Shown: positions 1 to 13,602 of the stretch, piece after piece | Numbering within the stretch: position 1 is the first letter of the stretch | Layout: every line of letters begins with the position of its first letter | Origin: Octopus sinensis | Lineage: Eukaryota | Reading direction: 5' to 3' | Assembly (NCBI RefSeq): GCF_006345805.1 | Contig: NC_042999.1 | Span: 171,306,001-171,370,000, forward strand | Length of the DNA stretch: 64,000 nucleotides | Notes under the pieces: generated by a model | Seen by the model: the letters and a program-made list of their open reading frames with translations, nothing else | What the model was told of the DNA's origin: nothing | The model's database searches: none | Program-made: the position numbers and the translations under genes

Positions 1-2573
1 TCTATATCTTGTTTGCACCTTGAGCAAATTATGCTAAAACATCCTTCAGTCAACCTTTATCCACATCATAGAATTTTCATCTATTACCAAATCTGATTGT
101 ATTGCCTTGAATACTTATATCCATTTATCCTTGCCAAAACTGAGATCGGCGTTATTTGAAAGCTAGAAATTAATTAAAATTTAATAACAAATAATAGATT
201 TCCTTAATTTGATCTATAATGTCGAACTATTTTACTCTATACATTTTACATGAGGTACGAAAACAATACTCTATATCATGAAGTTGTACGCCAGAATAAA
301 AAGTTGCATTACAACTGATGTTTTAAATTATGGTTAAAACATCAAGATATGTACAAAGCTTTCCTATAGCAAAACATATTACTTGTCCTTGTTTCATTTG
401 GTTTCTTAGGCAAACTATTTTAGTAAAGCCTCCAATCCACTAATATACAGAAACTGTGCTGTACCTTGGCTCGTCGGATATTCTGTACATTGTTTCGTTG
501 TTGGACTTAATTTCAACCTAATTTAAAGCAACTAACTTGTCCTTGTTTAGTTTTACAGGAGTTCGTTGTGCTGGTGGTTTTCGGTCGTGTGTCTGACAAT
601 AATTCACTAGTCTTATGATCTGTCTGCATCGAAGAAACTCTTGATTTGTGATTGCTTCCATACCTTTCTCCAAGCTACTTCCAAAATCTTAAGAATGCTC
701 ACATTGTACTTCAAACAAAACGATAATTTTGTGTTAAAATCGTCTTCATTATATGTTTTGATTAGAAAATTTGACAGTAAAATTAGTAAAGGTCTTTCGC
801 ATAGATACCAGAAACTGAAACCTATTGTCTATTCCTCGGCATATGTATTAGAAAGTGAAAACTACTATCCAGTCCTTGGGTTCTCGGCTCCTTCATAATA
901 CCTTCACGAAGACAACGAAAAGTGCTATTGCAAATGATTTCACTCATTGGACTAAACAATATAAAAATAAAAATAAAAAAATAAAATGATAAGTAATGAT
1001 AATAATTTCGTCAATTATTGCAATGTTCTGGCATTTATACGTAATGCGCAATTAGATATTTTGATACTCAGTATTTATGAATCAATTAATGAATTAAATT
1101 AGTAAAATATTTCAGTCAATGTCGGAAGCGGTTTCCGTTTTCACAACGCTGAAAATTCTAATCCACTTAATCATTTTAAGGGGATGCTTTCTTTATTTTA
1201 ATCTACGTAATTAGCATAAGGCAAACTTGGATAATATTTATGATTTCTCCAAATTAGAGGCAAATATATTCAACCGGTAATTAAGTCTTGTTTGCCCCTT
1301 GTTTTACCAGGAATTTCCATATTCTTTACGGTGGTTCTCGATTATAATGCCCCCTCAAATAATCACGGGACACAAACATAAACATGCAGGTCCAGTCGAC
1401 TTAATTTATACATGTGTACTTGGTATAAATATTTGAATTTAAAAAGCAGGGAAATAAAAATATCAGAAAGCAGGGGAATAGCAAAAATATATATTTATTA
1501 TAAAACGTGGAAGTTGATTTCTGTGATGTCGCCATTTAAAAACATGGTATTAGGCCAAAATAGGAAGTCTTGTCCTCGGAAAATAACGATTATTAACGTT
1601 ACCAGCTGCGATACATTCAAAATTTAATTTCGTCATTGATAACAATAGTACTTCACACAAGAAAACTAAACAATTGTGCGGAGTGACACGATAACTGATA
1701 AGAGTCGATGACAAAGCAAATTCTGGCGAGGTTTATAAAGGCACACGTTTTCATGGTTGTCAGAATATATCTTGCAATTGTATCCGCCATGTATGACTGC
1801 GAGCAGTCTTTTTCTAATAACAATGCACCTGCGCAGATACATTCTAGAAATGAAAGACTATCGTTTTATTGGAAAACAAAATGTGACCTTTAGCTTCATT
1901 TCATTTCATATATGCAATGAAGGTTGTTGATTTAGCAAAAACCTTTTAATGCTTTTTCTTATTTATTTATTTGATTCAATACTGCCTGTTCCAAAAAGAA
2001 ATAGAAAATTCTAGATGAAAACAAATAAAGTTTAAGAAGAATTAAAAGTTAGTCAGCTCAGATTTACAGCAGTTTTTATGTTTGGAATCTTATACATATT
2101 AAGCTATGTAATTCTGTAATATGTTAAAAACTAAGAGTAAATTTGCGTATAATGAAGGTTTAGACGCGTTGATTGTGAAAAGTATAGAATATTTAATTGA
2201 TTGGTCATGTAACAAAGACGTTGAAGGCGCTTAAGCAGATATATATGGCAAATGAAATGAAGGGAAAGTTTGTAATAGAAAGGATATAATACGTCTCTTA
2301 TTTTCGAAGTTCAGAATTCAAATTAACAGTTTCATGCCACCACAATTAAAGGAGAACTTAATCCGAACCTAATGCCTGCTTAAATGGAAATTACCATTTG
2401 ATTTATGGAATAAATGTATCTGATTATATATGCTGTCAAGACTTCATCATCGGGGGCTTACAATGCTAACAATTTAGAAACTACAAAGTTATTTCTATGT
2501 GATTAAGACACTATAAATTCAGTTCTCGCGCTGCGTAATGACTGGTATACATATCTCTGTCGCTTTCTCTTTT

Positions 2574-2611
<38 letters not shown>

Positions 2612-2999
2612 CAAATCCCTGCTTGTCTTTCTATGTATTTATCTATCCAAATCAAACTTATACATTAAATTTACGTGGATATTCGCCTGCATTTTACTTT
2701 CACTTTCCATCGCTTCAAGTTCTCATTGTACTTTTCTCAAGTCAATCCTACTCCTGTTACACTTTTAGTCTTATTCCATAGAATACAGTACACGAAATAT
2801 TATATCAAGTAACATTTGCTACGCCTTTGAGCACCAAACTAATAAATTTCATCCTGAAATACCCACCAACGTTTTTCTTTGTAACTTATTGCTATGTATG
2901 ACTATCATACACACTAGTATGAGTACGTGTGAGAGCCCATGTATCTATGCAAATCTATTTATGTAGAAGTTGTGTCAGCAACTGATAGTGGTGCGAAAC

Positions 3000-3560
3000 T
3001 CCTACGGTTGTAGAGGGCCACACGGGAGTGGCAGTCACGACTGCATTTAAAGGAGTTCTCTACCGGCGCTACTGGTTTTCCTTTCGTTGTGTGGGCTTAT
3101 CCTTGATTGTAAGTTCCTGCTTCTTTTCCATCGCCTCATCCCCCTTGGCAGCATTTGTCTCCAGTGTGAGTGATCATTTGCAACCTCTTCTTATTTCAGA
3201 ACATCCTGATCCTTGAAACGACGATGAGGTCACCCTCGTGATCTTGGACCGGTGGTCAATTCCTCATACAAGAGGTCTCTTGGGATCCCCACCTCCGGCA
3301 TGCGATGTACATGACCGAGCCAGTGCAGACGACACTGCTGGGTAAAGGTAAATATATTTGGTACCTTGGTACAGTTAAGGACTTTGCTGCTGATGATGCA
3401 GTCGGTTCACTTGATATACAAGATGCGAAATTACAATAGTGAAAGACGTTGAGACGTCACTCTTATCGGGAGGAGAGGTTCCGTGTCTCACTGCCGTAAA
3501 ATAGTGTACTGTAGATGCACGCTTTATAGATAGCAATCTTGATGCTATCGTGACTCCCTC
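3000..3560 (-). mobile_element. RTE-clade LINE, degraded 3' ORF2 fragment
   Basis: Manual minus-strand translation gives KIAIYKACIYSTLFYGSET and, in another frame, FTQQCRLHWLGHVHRMPEVGIPRDLLYEELTTGPRSRG*PHRRFKD. These match RTE C-terminal motifs (LLYGSETW, RLxWLGHVxRM, GxRxRGRP). Stops and frameshifts are present. Confidence 0.85.
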
Positions 3561-3759
3561 TCACTGACGGCTGCTATCATCATCCTCATCATAGAAAACA
3601 TTCTTGTTAGTTATCGCCACTCAACAGTAAGCCTGCTCTTTTCCTCCGTTAGATTCAGTCTGTTTCTTATATAGCAATGTATTTATACAATATATATACT
3701 GAACTTTACAGAAGTCCCTTTTTCTTATATACAATATATATATATATTATATATATATA

Positions 3760-3817
<58 letters not shown>

Positions 3818-4018
3818 CTTTTTAGTAGAAGAAATAGCTATAACCCTTTGACTGCTATTTCTAAATTCGGTATGTGGTAAGGCAATTCGTTGCTGAACCC
3901 TTATTGCTTAGTATTACTTAAATTTTCCTCAAATGAGGCTTTTACATGCCGAAGACTACTTGGTGTAATTGATAATTATTCCAAATTAATTAATTTCACC
4001 CTTCATTATTACGGATAT

Positions 4019-4062
<44 letters not shown>

Positions 4063-4794
4063 ACTAAAGTTGGTTCAAGCTGACCCAGCGTGATCCTGTT
4101 CGAAGAAAACTTGCTGGCTTTTTCTTTTATTTATTGCCTTGATCTCTATATGTCCCAAATTGCTTCCATTCTTCCCCCTAACCCCCACCACACTAACCAA
4201 ACACCTTTTGAGACTAGTGATTCGCTGCAAAGTTTTCTCATTGGGCAACAGCACGAAAATAAAAATAAGATGGCAACAATTATAGTATTAAGCAACTGTA
4301 ACTCCCACGCTGACCTTCGATGTATGTAAGACTTTCGTCGTTTTTAACTGAACTTCTACTAAAGTTCTTTGCCTTCCAAATCTGTACCCCTCTCTGACAG
4401 ACCCTCTCTCTCTCTCTTTCTCTCTCTTTACTTATTAAACCACAGTATCACTGGTGTGGGGCCGTCGGCGACCAAACCAGAAAATCCACTGATCTTGTTT
4501 TGTGAGGATGTGTTTCTTGCTATTTGATCACCCTGCAGGATTAATTAGGTGCTCGGGCTGACTCCTTCAAGTACTTGATATACATACATGCATAAATAGT
4601 AATTATTTAAGCATTGGGTACATATCTAATAGTTAGATAGTGAACCACGTTCACTGCCTATGACAATATAACGTCATGCATGGCATATTTACAGCTGTTG
4701 CTGGATCTAACTTAGCAATTCTACAGTCTTCGTCAAATATATATAACAAATGATAGAGACGGAAAATGGAATATTCGAGAAACTTTATTGCTCA

Positions 4795-4838
4795 CCGAGA
4801 CCGTTTCGACCCATTATACACCGATCCATCACGGGCGG
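4795..4838 (-). ncRNA. Degenerate minimal type-I hammerhead ribozyme motif
   Basis: Minus strand reads CCGC-CCGTGATG-GATC-ggtgtataatg-GGTC-GAAAC-G-GTC-TCGG. Helix II pairs, GAAAC and the GUC triplet are intact, and the CUGAUGA box is mutated. Confidence 0.45.
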
Positions 4839-5014
4839 GATACTGTACAACTGGTTGTGGAACATCCCTCTATACAAAAGTGTCTCGTCATGTGATTTTA
4901 CAAGGGGTGTCTCGTTAAGTAAACCATCTTTCGCTCGGTTCTAATACGGTATGTTGTATTAAGCAAATCTGGTATTTATCTACGATACGCTTAAGATACA
5001 GTCTACTCACAGTT

Positions 5015-5159
5015 TGGATGTATACACATATATACACACACACACATGTGCACGTGCACGCATATGCACGTACAGACACAAACACACACATATATACATG
5101 GAATCGCATTCGCAAACTGTATCTACTTTTACATGCACACGCAGACACAGAAAGACTCG

Positions 5160-5192
<33 letters not shown>

Positions 5193-5247
5193 CATACACA
5201 CACACACACATACACACACACACATACACACACACACACACACACAG

Positions 5248-5289
<42 letters not shown>

Positions 5290-5740
5290 GCACATATATA
5301 TATATATATATAGATGCGAATGTATAAATATATGTGCAAGCATGTTTGTTTGCGTGTCAGAATGGAAGTATCGTACTTTATAGGTTCACGTACGTACATA
5401 CAAATATATTCTGTTTGTAAATAGTTGGAAATATTACAAATACTTAAGATTAATATACGCACATACTTTTGCAAAAATGTATGCAACATACTTAATTCCG
5501 TTCCTTTTTTCACGTATCTAATATATTTAAGTAAAAACAAACTACATACGTACATACATATATACACACATACATACATACATGAATACATACATACGTA
5601 TATACATACATGCATATATGCTTACTTACGTACATATGCACGTATATTTAAGTAAACATGTACATACATGTGTATAGATATGTATACATATATACATATA
5701 TCATATATATATATACGTATATATGTATACATATCTATGT

Positions 5741-5779
<39 letters not shown>

Positions 5780-5826
5780 GTGTGTATATATATATATATG
5801 TATGTATGTATATTACTTTCTCTTTG

Positions 5827-5892
<66 letters not shown>

Positions 5893-6310
5893 CACTTCGA
5901 TAATATGTAGCAAATATATAAAACAGAGACTCAGACGTGAACAACACACAACAGACCTAACACATAGAATTCAAACAGTCGTATATATTTGCAATTTTAT
6001 ATTCATGATACAACAATACGTTTCATTTAATTCCATTTATGCCAGGCTGCAAAACAAAAACACAAACATTGCCATATTTTATTGATTCAAGAAACTTCAG
6101 CGATTCTTTTATTCATCTATTTTTTGTTGTTGTTATCTTCATCTTTTAAATAAAATATATGAAAAAAAGTAACGTATAATAACTGAATACAATCATATGT
6201 TATTCAATGAACTATATACGTTCAATTTTCAAATGTTTGTTTTCCTCCTGAAAAACAATATACACACATATATATGTATATCCGTATATATGTATGTACA
6301 TACACGTATA

Positions 6311-6377
<67 letters not shown>

Positions 6378-6720
6378 GTATATGTATATGTATGTACATA
6401 TGTATATACATACATGCATAAGTATATATTTACGTATATTTATATATATACATACACGTATATATATGCATATATATTTATATGTATATATATGTATGTA
6501 TAATATAGGTACACATATATGAATACATATACACGTATATATAAATATATAAACATATATAAATTCGTATACATATATGTATATATACATACCTATATAT
6601 CTATATATATCTATATATATATATATATGAACACACATGCGCAAACACACGCACATACACACACACACACGCATATATGTATATGTATGCATGTATCTAT
6701 GTTTACGCCTGATACATACA
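5015..6720. repeat. Compound (CA)n/(TA)n/(TACA)n microsatellite fields
   Basis: Directly visible dinucleotide and tetranucleotide arrays. They are the source of the YIYI/HTHT/CVCV ORFs. Confidence 0.95.
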
Positions 6721-7199
6721 TTTTAGTAGCCTATATCTTTTTACTGTAAACATTTTTAAAATTGATGAAAATACATAGAAACAGTTTTTTCCTTCTATTT
6801 CTGTGAACTAATGAGATATTGTTTTATTTATCAAACAGATATTTATATGTAACCCTCTTATTATTTTTTTTATATATTGAAAAAATCTGCTATTATATCT
6901 GCTGTATAAACCCACTACCAGTCGCAAAATAGGAATTACAATATATTGTCAGTTTTTCCGTTTACCTAGTTCAGAGAAGAGGAGGAGAGATTTGCAACTG
7001 ACTGAATGCATTAGGTGTCTGATTACCCGCTGGGGCGTCGACGCCATATAACACCTCTACTCCATCTGTTCTATTACGCTTTATTCATGGCCAAACAATA
7101 GATATGAAAAAATTTCATTATAGATATGTAAATATGTACCTTAGATGAGATTTTCATATACATTCGATTGCCTGTTTCAAACAACAAAGAAAGCATTTC

Positions 7200-7239
<40 letters not shown>

Positions 7240-7314
7240 CCTTTATATACATGCCCTCCATATATACATTCCCTCTCACACACACACACATACACATCTC
7301 TAACATTCAGGTGT

Positions 7315-7472
7315 TCACCACTGAAGATGGGCACAAATAGCTAGAAACCGTTCCGACTGGTGATCCCATCATCTACTAAAAGATGGTAGGGGTTCGATCA
7401 CCTGCGTGAAATATATACTGGGTGAAGATTGCACTGATAACTCTGCCTGGAGTTAAAAACCATATTGCTGTG
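7315..7472 (+). ncRNA. Tandem array of three different type-I hammerhead-like motifs (degenerate)
   Basis: Unit 1 (7315-7363): TCACCA-CTGAAGA-TGGGC..GCTA-GAAAC..GAC-TGGTGA. Unit 2 (7369-7425): TCATCTA-CTAAAAGA-TG-GTAGG..CCTGC-GT-GAAATATATAC-TGGGTGA. Unit 3 (7430-7472): TGCA-CTGA-TAACTC-tgcctg-GAGTTA-AAAAC..GC-TGTG. Each has pairable helix I and II arms. Confidence 0.6.
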
Positions 7473-8194
7473 GAAATACACATTACTTCTCGGTATAGTT
7501 TACTATTTTCTTATTGCGATTTTATAACGAGCTACTTTGCAATGTAACTACACACGTGCTGTTGGCAATTGTAGTTTCTTTTTTTCCTTTTAGGAATTTT
7601 TTTCCTTTCTCCTTTTCGTCGAAGAGTTATGCTCGAAACGACAAACTCTCTCTTTTTCCACCGAGTGTCATGCTAATACAATCCTTGTATTCTGTTAATT
7701 TTATAATTCGCTTATAGGAATTCAGTGATTATTTAATTTGACAATATATAAAGGTCCATGTTTTTTCTTGTGCATGTACGTATATAGACATGTGTATGAC
7801 CTTTTTTTGTGCTCGTAGGTGTGTGTTCGAGCGTGTATGCGGGTATGTATATATATTTGGCGAATGTGTGGATGAGCATGTGTGTGTTTCAAGTGAGGGT
7901 GAATGAGTATATACATATAGGCGCATGTACGTGGGTGAGTGGGCGTGTATGTGTATGTATGGACATGCGCGCTTACGCGATTACTGTGAACATTTTAAGT
8001 CCCTTACCTTTACTCCCACCCCTTACCGGTCATTCTAATTGCTCTTTTGTCTCAATCACACAGTAATTTCCCCTTGTTTTAACGTTCATTTTCATAGCAT
8101 TTATTTCGCTGGCCCGATTACTGAAGAGACGCCGGCGTGGGTTCCGTCCCGTCATCCGAAACTCTGAGTTTTTTCATGGCCACCGAATAATTGT

Positions 8195-8248
<54 letters not shown>

Positions 8249-10399
8249 TGTAAGTTCAACAGAAATGCCATATTTAACTAATCGAAATTTAGTAATGGAA
8301 ATAAGTTAACATCTCTACCATGCAATACGAAAGTCCCTACAGGGAGCGGAATCTCCAATTAATCAATTTTGCAGTAATATTACGATTACGCAAGGTAGGG
8401 ACATTCATCCTTTTTTCCATGAGATTGTTACGGTCTACCTCCTGTTTAATGACCTCATCATCAAACAAAAAGTGTTCGTGAAATAGGGAAGCTTGTATCT
8501 TGCAGATACTGATCAAGTAATGATCATGCCTATACAACTTCATACTAATTAAGGCTGTTGAAGTCAAAGTTGTTATGCTTCGAAATGCAAAGAAAACTGG
8601 ATACATAACAGTGAATAAAATGAATAAAATGCGACCTACCTTCCGATTGGTTCCAACGGTGACACATAACTTAGCAAGATCGTCGAGTCATCTATACCTG
8701 ACAATGAAAAAGATATCCTTGCACATATAGACCTACTGTGCAATTCTGTATGCAAACTCTAAAGCATGTGGTGATGATATATTTCAGAATAAAAATACAA
8801 GAAATGTGTAGCAAGCAAACTTTTCTATTGAACGGAAAACTGATCTTAACAGTAGCTTCAAGTAAGCATACGCCTGGTTTCTCACGAATACTCAAAACAT
8901 TTCATGGCATGAGTACAAAACCAACTCATTGCATTCTCTGCAATGTCTGACGTTATTGTCCAACGCAAAGTAGGTTTTGCTTGCTACCGTTATTGGATAG
9001 AGAACCAAGTCATTTAGTAGTTAAAATCTGAAGACTCCACTCTATGCCAAATAGCATATAACTTACTGATTTTTCGGCAATTAATACTTACCGATATGGT
9101 ACGAGGTAAGTGACAACGATGTTAGGATTGACGTCAAAGCAGTTGTCTTCATGGTGTCAATAGTGTTTCTTTTCCCAACATGTTGAGAAACAAACTTAAA
9201 CATAGGTTTGCACGACTTTATTGCGTATATGTGTCAGTGCGTATGATAATATAAATTTTCTTTATTTAGTCAACGATTTCATTTCAGGTATTTGTGGGAG
9301 TTGTTTGCATTTCTTACTTGTGGCCTTGAAAAAAAAAAGCATGTACATTTTCCCTCTCACGTACATTGTGGCAGGAAGGAATCAAACTTGTGCACAATGT
9401 CAGTTCATGCGATTACCCATCCCATGAAATCGTATGGTTTATGAAATTATAATATTTAGAAAGGCAGATCTAGATTGGTGACTTAATAAATCGAATATTT
9501 GATCACAACGAGCGCTGGAGGGATTCATAGCACACAGAGATTTGGTTGCATTTGCATTTGCCACAAAATCACACAAACTCGGTTTCTGCTTTACTTTAAC
9601 AATACAGGAATATTTACGTATATGAGAAAAACTATGATAGAATATACTTCCGTTTACTCGATATAAAGTAAACGAGAAGAATTGCGGCCAGGGGTGCCTT
9701 TCCATTGTAGATCTGTTTACGAAAAGAGTTAAACTTGCATGTTATTTACACATTAATCAGTTATGCAATCTATATAATGTTGGAAGATTACTTTCTATGC
9801 TACATATTAAAAGTAAGTTACATCGAAATATTTCGACTTAAATGGTTTCTAGAAACGCTATATGTGAGCTTCTTCTCAATGACTGTTGAAGATATTTTAT
9901 GGTAATTTATGGAATATGAAGTTTACAATAGAAATTAACATTACTAGTAATATAGCAGAATTTCATTTAGAATTAGTTATATTGCCAAAACAGAATTCTA
10001 GTATAGAAAATTTCAACTTTTATTGACGACTTGGGATTAACAGAAATATAATCAAACTAATGAAAGAGGTGAGAAGCAGTTTCTTTCACGATAGCGTTTA
10101 TAAAGGTATTAGCAGTATAAGTCTTCTGATAGAATTTACTCTTCTTCTTATTAAACATAGAAGGTTAATGGAATGAGATTTTGGTAAATCAGAGTGAGAA
10201 ATTTAATGTATAGTGTCGAATAAATTCAAACAAAGCATATCTATTTAAAATAGGTGTCATGCAAATTTCAGGATAATTACATTTAATGAGGTAATAATAA
10301 TATTAATTACAATAATAATGAGAATAATAACAAAAACAATATTAGTTATGTTGATGATGATTATAAGAATAACAACAGCAATAATGATAGCATTAATAC

Positions 10400-10610
10400 T
10401 TCCTACTAGAGACTCAAGGCGTGAAAATTTGAGAATGTGGCTAGTTGGTTACATTGATCCCAGTACTCAACTGGTATTTATTTTATCGACTCTAAATGGA
10501 TGAAACGCAAAGTCGATATCGGCGGAATTTGAACTCAGAACGTAATGATGGACCAAATGCCGTCAAAAATGTTTATCCGGCATATTAACAATTCTGACAG
10601 TTCGCCACCT
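10400..10610 (-). mobile_element. tRNA-derived SINE, family A (octopus OR-like)
   Basis: Homologous to the copies at 20.8, 31.5 and 45.3 kb (CCCAGT..ACTGGTA..TTTATCGAC..AAAGTCGA..GGCGGAATTTGAACTCAGAACG). B-box GAGTTCAAAT is on the minus strand. Confidence 0.8.
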
Positions 10611-11389
10611 AATGATAATTATGACGAAATAGAAGACAATAACAATTATGGTGAGAGTGCTTTGAAAAATATTTACATGGACCAGCGAAAAAGTTTATGA
10701 AAAATCTGTTCTAGTTCTGCGCAATTCGCACAACTTCGAATTTGTGAACGTCATTCCTTAATTTTGCTCAATCTAGTATTTCTGTACAATATCCGTAGTC
10801 CAAGAAACGAAATACATGTGAAACGTTCCTGATTATTCTCTTCGATGTCAGAGTTTTCCTGAAAATTCTTCATCGCAGTTTGTTATCTATTTAATGATAC
10901 AGAAAACGTAACGTTGACTGATTAGAATGACTGGTAGAAGGCTGTGAACCACTGCCATCATTCTACAGTTGACACCACACTTTGGTAAGTGCTACTCTAA
11001 AAACTGTACCCCCGTCAATGAGATTAAGTGTAGGACATCACGTCTTACAAAAGGTAACTACACTCTAATCGCCCAGGAATCTCTGTAGAAGCTGCAGCCA
11101 TTAGAAACTGAAAGTAAAATGAAAATGCGAAATATAATTAACATGGTTATACGGAAGTGTTGGTGTTTGATATCCATACTATTCTTGTGACACAAAAACA
11201 CTTCACTACTTTTCTGTTCATGCACACATGCTACTATACCCGCAGATAATTCAGAGATACATTCTCATCTTATGTTGAATAAACACACTCATATATCCTT
11301 AAGGACATATATAACACGAATATATATTTCTATATTTATATGTGGTGGTTGTCTACTCCTTATACAGAGTCTGACCACCTCTTGCACTT

Positions 11390-13330
11390 ACACCTAAGAT
11401 CCTTCATCGCGCCCGATGTGGTTTTTTAAACCAGATAATATATTGAAAAGACACCCACAAAGATTGTATATCTGATCCGGACCACCAAGAGCCGCAGATA
11501 AGTTCTGATCATTGCAAATCTTAAAATGCCCTTTGAGGCCTCAGATTTGCAAAGATTATGGCATACATAGCACTGAAATGTCTGCATACATATATAGGTA
11601 GAGTAGTTAGTGTTAGGTTTGCTTTTCATGAGTCCGCAAGGAGATATGAGACCAGCAAAAGAAAGGCATGGTCTATAACAAACTGTGCACGCAAAAATGA
11701 GATTCACCTTCCTGATCGTAACAATCTTCTTTATATCATCCTGGCCTCCTCAAAAGCTTTCACTCCACTGCACACTTTCCTTCGTAAACCAACTCGATCC
11801 GAAACCACGTTTTCTATAGCCTTTGAATCCATTCAAAGTGACTGCTTAGTAGTCCTTATGGCGACCTTAAACCATTTTTTAGGTTTACACCGATTGCATT
11901 TCGCCTCTGCAAGCCCGCCATAAACAGCCGTTTGGGTGTGCGCTTAACCGCCATTCGAACAATGTGGCCATATCATTTCATCTTTTTTTTTTCAGAATCA
12001 TTGATGCCTGCAGATGCAAAGACATTTAATGTTTAAAATGCAGCGAAGGCATTTTTGGTACAATTGTTCTAACAATTTGAAATGTCTTTTATAATACGTC
12101 CACGATTCAGAAGAATACAACATTTGGTGACAAATGATTTGTAAAGAGACAATTTTGTGTTGTTATTTATATGTCGTTGGCGCCAAACGCATGACTCTGA
12201 AGCACCAAATGTTTTTGCTACCCTCTGAATTCGCAGTTGTATTTCTATGTTCAAGTTTCCATCATTTTGTACAGAGCTTCCGAGGTAGATGAAAGAGTCA
12301 ACAACCTGAAGTAACTTATACTTAACAAAAAGTTTTAGAGGGTTTGCTAACAACATCACGTGCAGGTTGATACATTACAACTGTTCTTTTTTTTTCAAGT
12401 TGATCTGTCAAGCTAAAATCATCACAAGGGGAGTCAAATGCAGATGCAAGAAATTGCAAACCCGTTTCAGAGTGACTGAGAAGATCGCAATCGTTAGCAC
12501 AGAAGAGTTCCCTAATGAGTTAAGTAAAAAACATTTGTTTTAAATTTCAGTCTGGTCAGATTAAAAACATTCCCTGTTATTCTATATTTTATGTAAATAC
12601 CCTCCTCGGAGTTTTGAAAAGCTTGTGACAGCTCAACAGCAATGTATATTGTTAAGAGGATGGGCGCATGAAGATCTTGCTTTACTCCTTTTTTCGCGGC
12701 AAAGTTTTCAGGTAACCTACCAGCAAAATTACATCTAGCCTTCATATATTGATACAAAGTCCTCACAGAACATTTCGATTAACAGTATCGAAAGCCTTGC
12801 TTAAATCAGCAAAGCAATGCTATAGGACAAGATTCTGTTCAATGCACTTTCCCTGAAATTGTCTGATAGTAAAGATACAATCAACTGTGCCCTTGGAGGA
12901 GCGAAAACCACATTGGGACTCAGATACTATATTTGGAACATTGAAGGTGTTTAAACGTTTTAACAGGATGCGGGCAAGTACCTTTCTAGCTAACGACAAA
13001 AGCGAAATCCCACGAAAATTACAACACACATCCTTTTGCTCTGAGGAGACTAAAATGCCATCAATCCAGTCTTGAGGCACTTCCTTATTTCTCCAAAAAT
13101 GACAAATTGCTATATCTAAGAGTTCAAAAATTTTATCACACACATATTTCAAGACCTCTACACAGGTCCAATCGGACTCTGAAGACATACTGTTATTATG
13201 TTTATTCAGAGCTAAATAAATCTCATTTAGGGTTGGTTCAAAAGCCATCCCCTCTAAAATGTAGGCGTCTGATTTTTTTCTATCATTCTAATGTCAACAG
13301 ACGATAGTCTATTAAAAAATGCAGAAAAAT
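11390..13330 (-). mobile_element. RTE-clade LINE, degraded ORF2 (RT domain plus C-terminal zinc-finger-like repeats)
   Basis: ORF 12820-13248 has NFRGISLLSLARKVLARILLKRL and ESQCGFRSSKGTVDCIFTIRQ. ORF 12512-12766 has GVKQ. ORF 12069-12359 has FIYLGS and TKLSLYK. ORF 11426-11707 has CTVCYRPCLSFAGL and CYVCHNLCKS. Many stops and frameshifts. Confidence 0.9.
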
Positions 13331-13399
13331 CTTCTACCCAGGACTTATGAATATATATATATATACACACACATATATATGTAGTTCTATATTTAAGAG

Positions 13400-13570
13400 A
13401 TGGGGAATTATGTACATTACTTACATTATTTACGTTTGACGGGTAATTGTCCTCATCTTGTTTGTTGTTACCACAACGTTTCGGCTGCTATACCCTCCAG
13501 TCTTCATCAGGTGTCACGGGGAAATTTCGAAACTGGGTTCTCATTCGTAAGGTATTTTTCGATGTTGTTG
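13400..13570 (-). ncRNA. Hammerhead-containing repeat module (Penelope pLTR-like), core at 13471-13514
   Basis: Minus strand reads ACAC-CTGATGA-A-GACTG-gagggtatag-CAGCC-GAAAC-GTT-GTGG, with palindromic AACGTT in place of helix III. The module is homologous to 35920-36110 and 15005-15065. Confidence 0.8.
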
Positions 13571-13602
13571 TTGTTGTTATTATTATTATTATTATTATTA
13601 TT

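Noticed and set aside
560-900. Short open frames on both strands (ORF 641-898 and a minus-strand KILEVAWRKVWKQ stretch)
   Set aside because: No recognisable motif or convincing splice context.
4915-6749. Long ORFs such as 5007-5615 (202 aa) and the many YIYI/CVCV/HTHT ORFs across the window
   Set aside because: They are translations of dinucleotide and tetranucleotide microsatellites that lack stop codons, not genes.
7006-7056. GGTGT-CTGATTA..GCGTCGACGC..ACACC as a hammerhead
   Set aside because: Helix I arms pair, but there is no GAAA box and the first box is mutated.
8116-8172. CTGAAGA-GACG..CGTC..GAAACTCTGAGTT as a hammerhead
   Set aside because: Both core boxes are present, but helix II does not abut GAAA and no helix I forms. 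At best a remnant.
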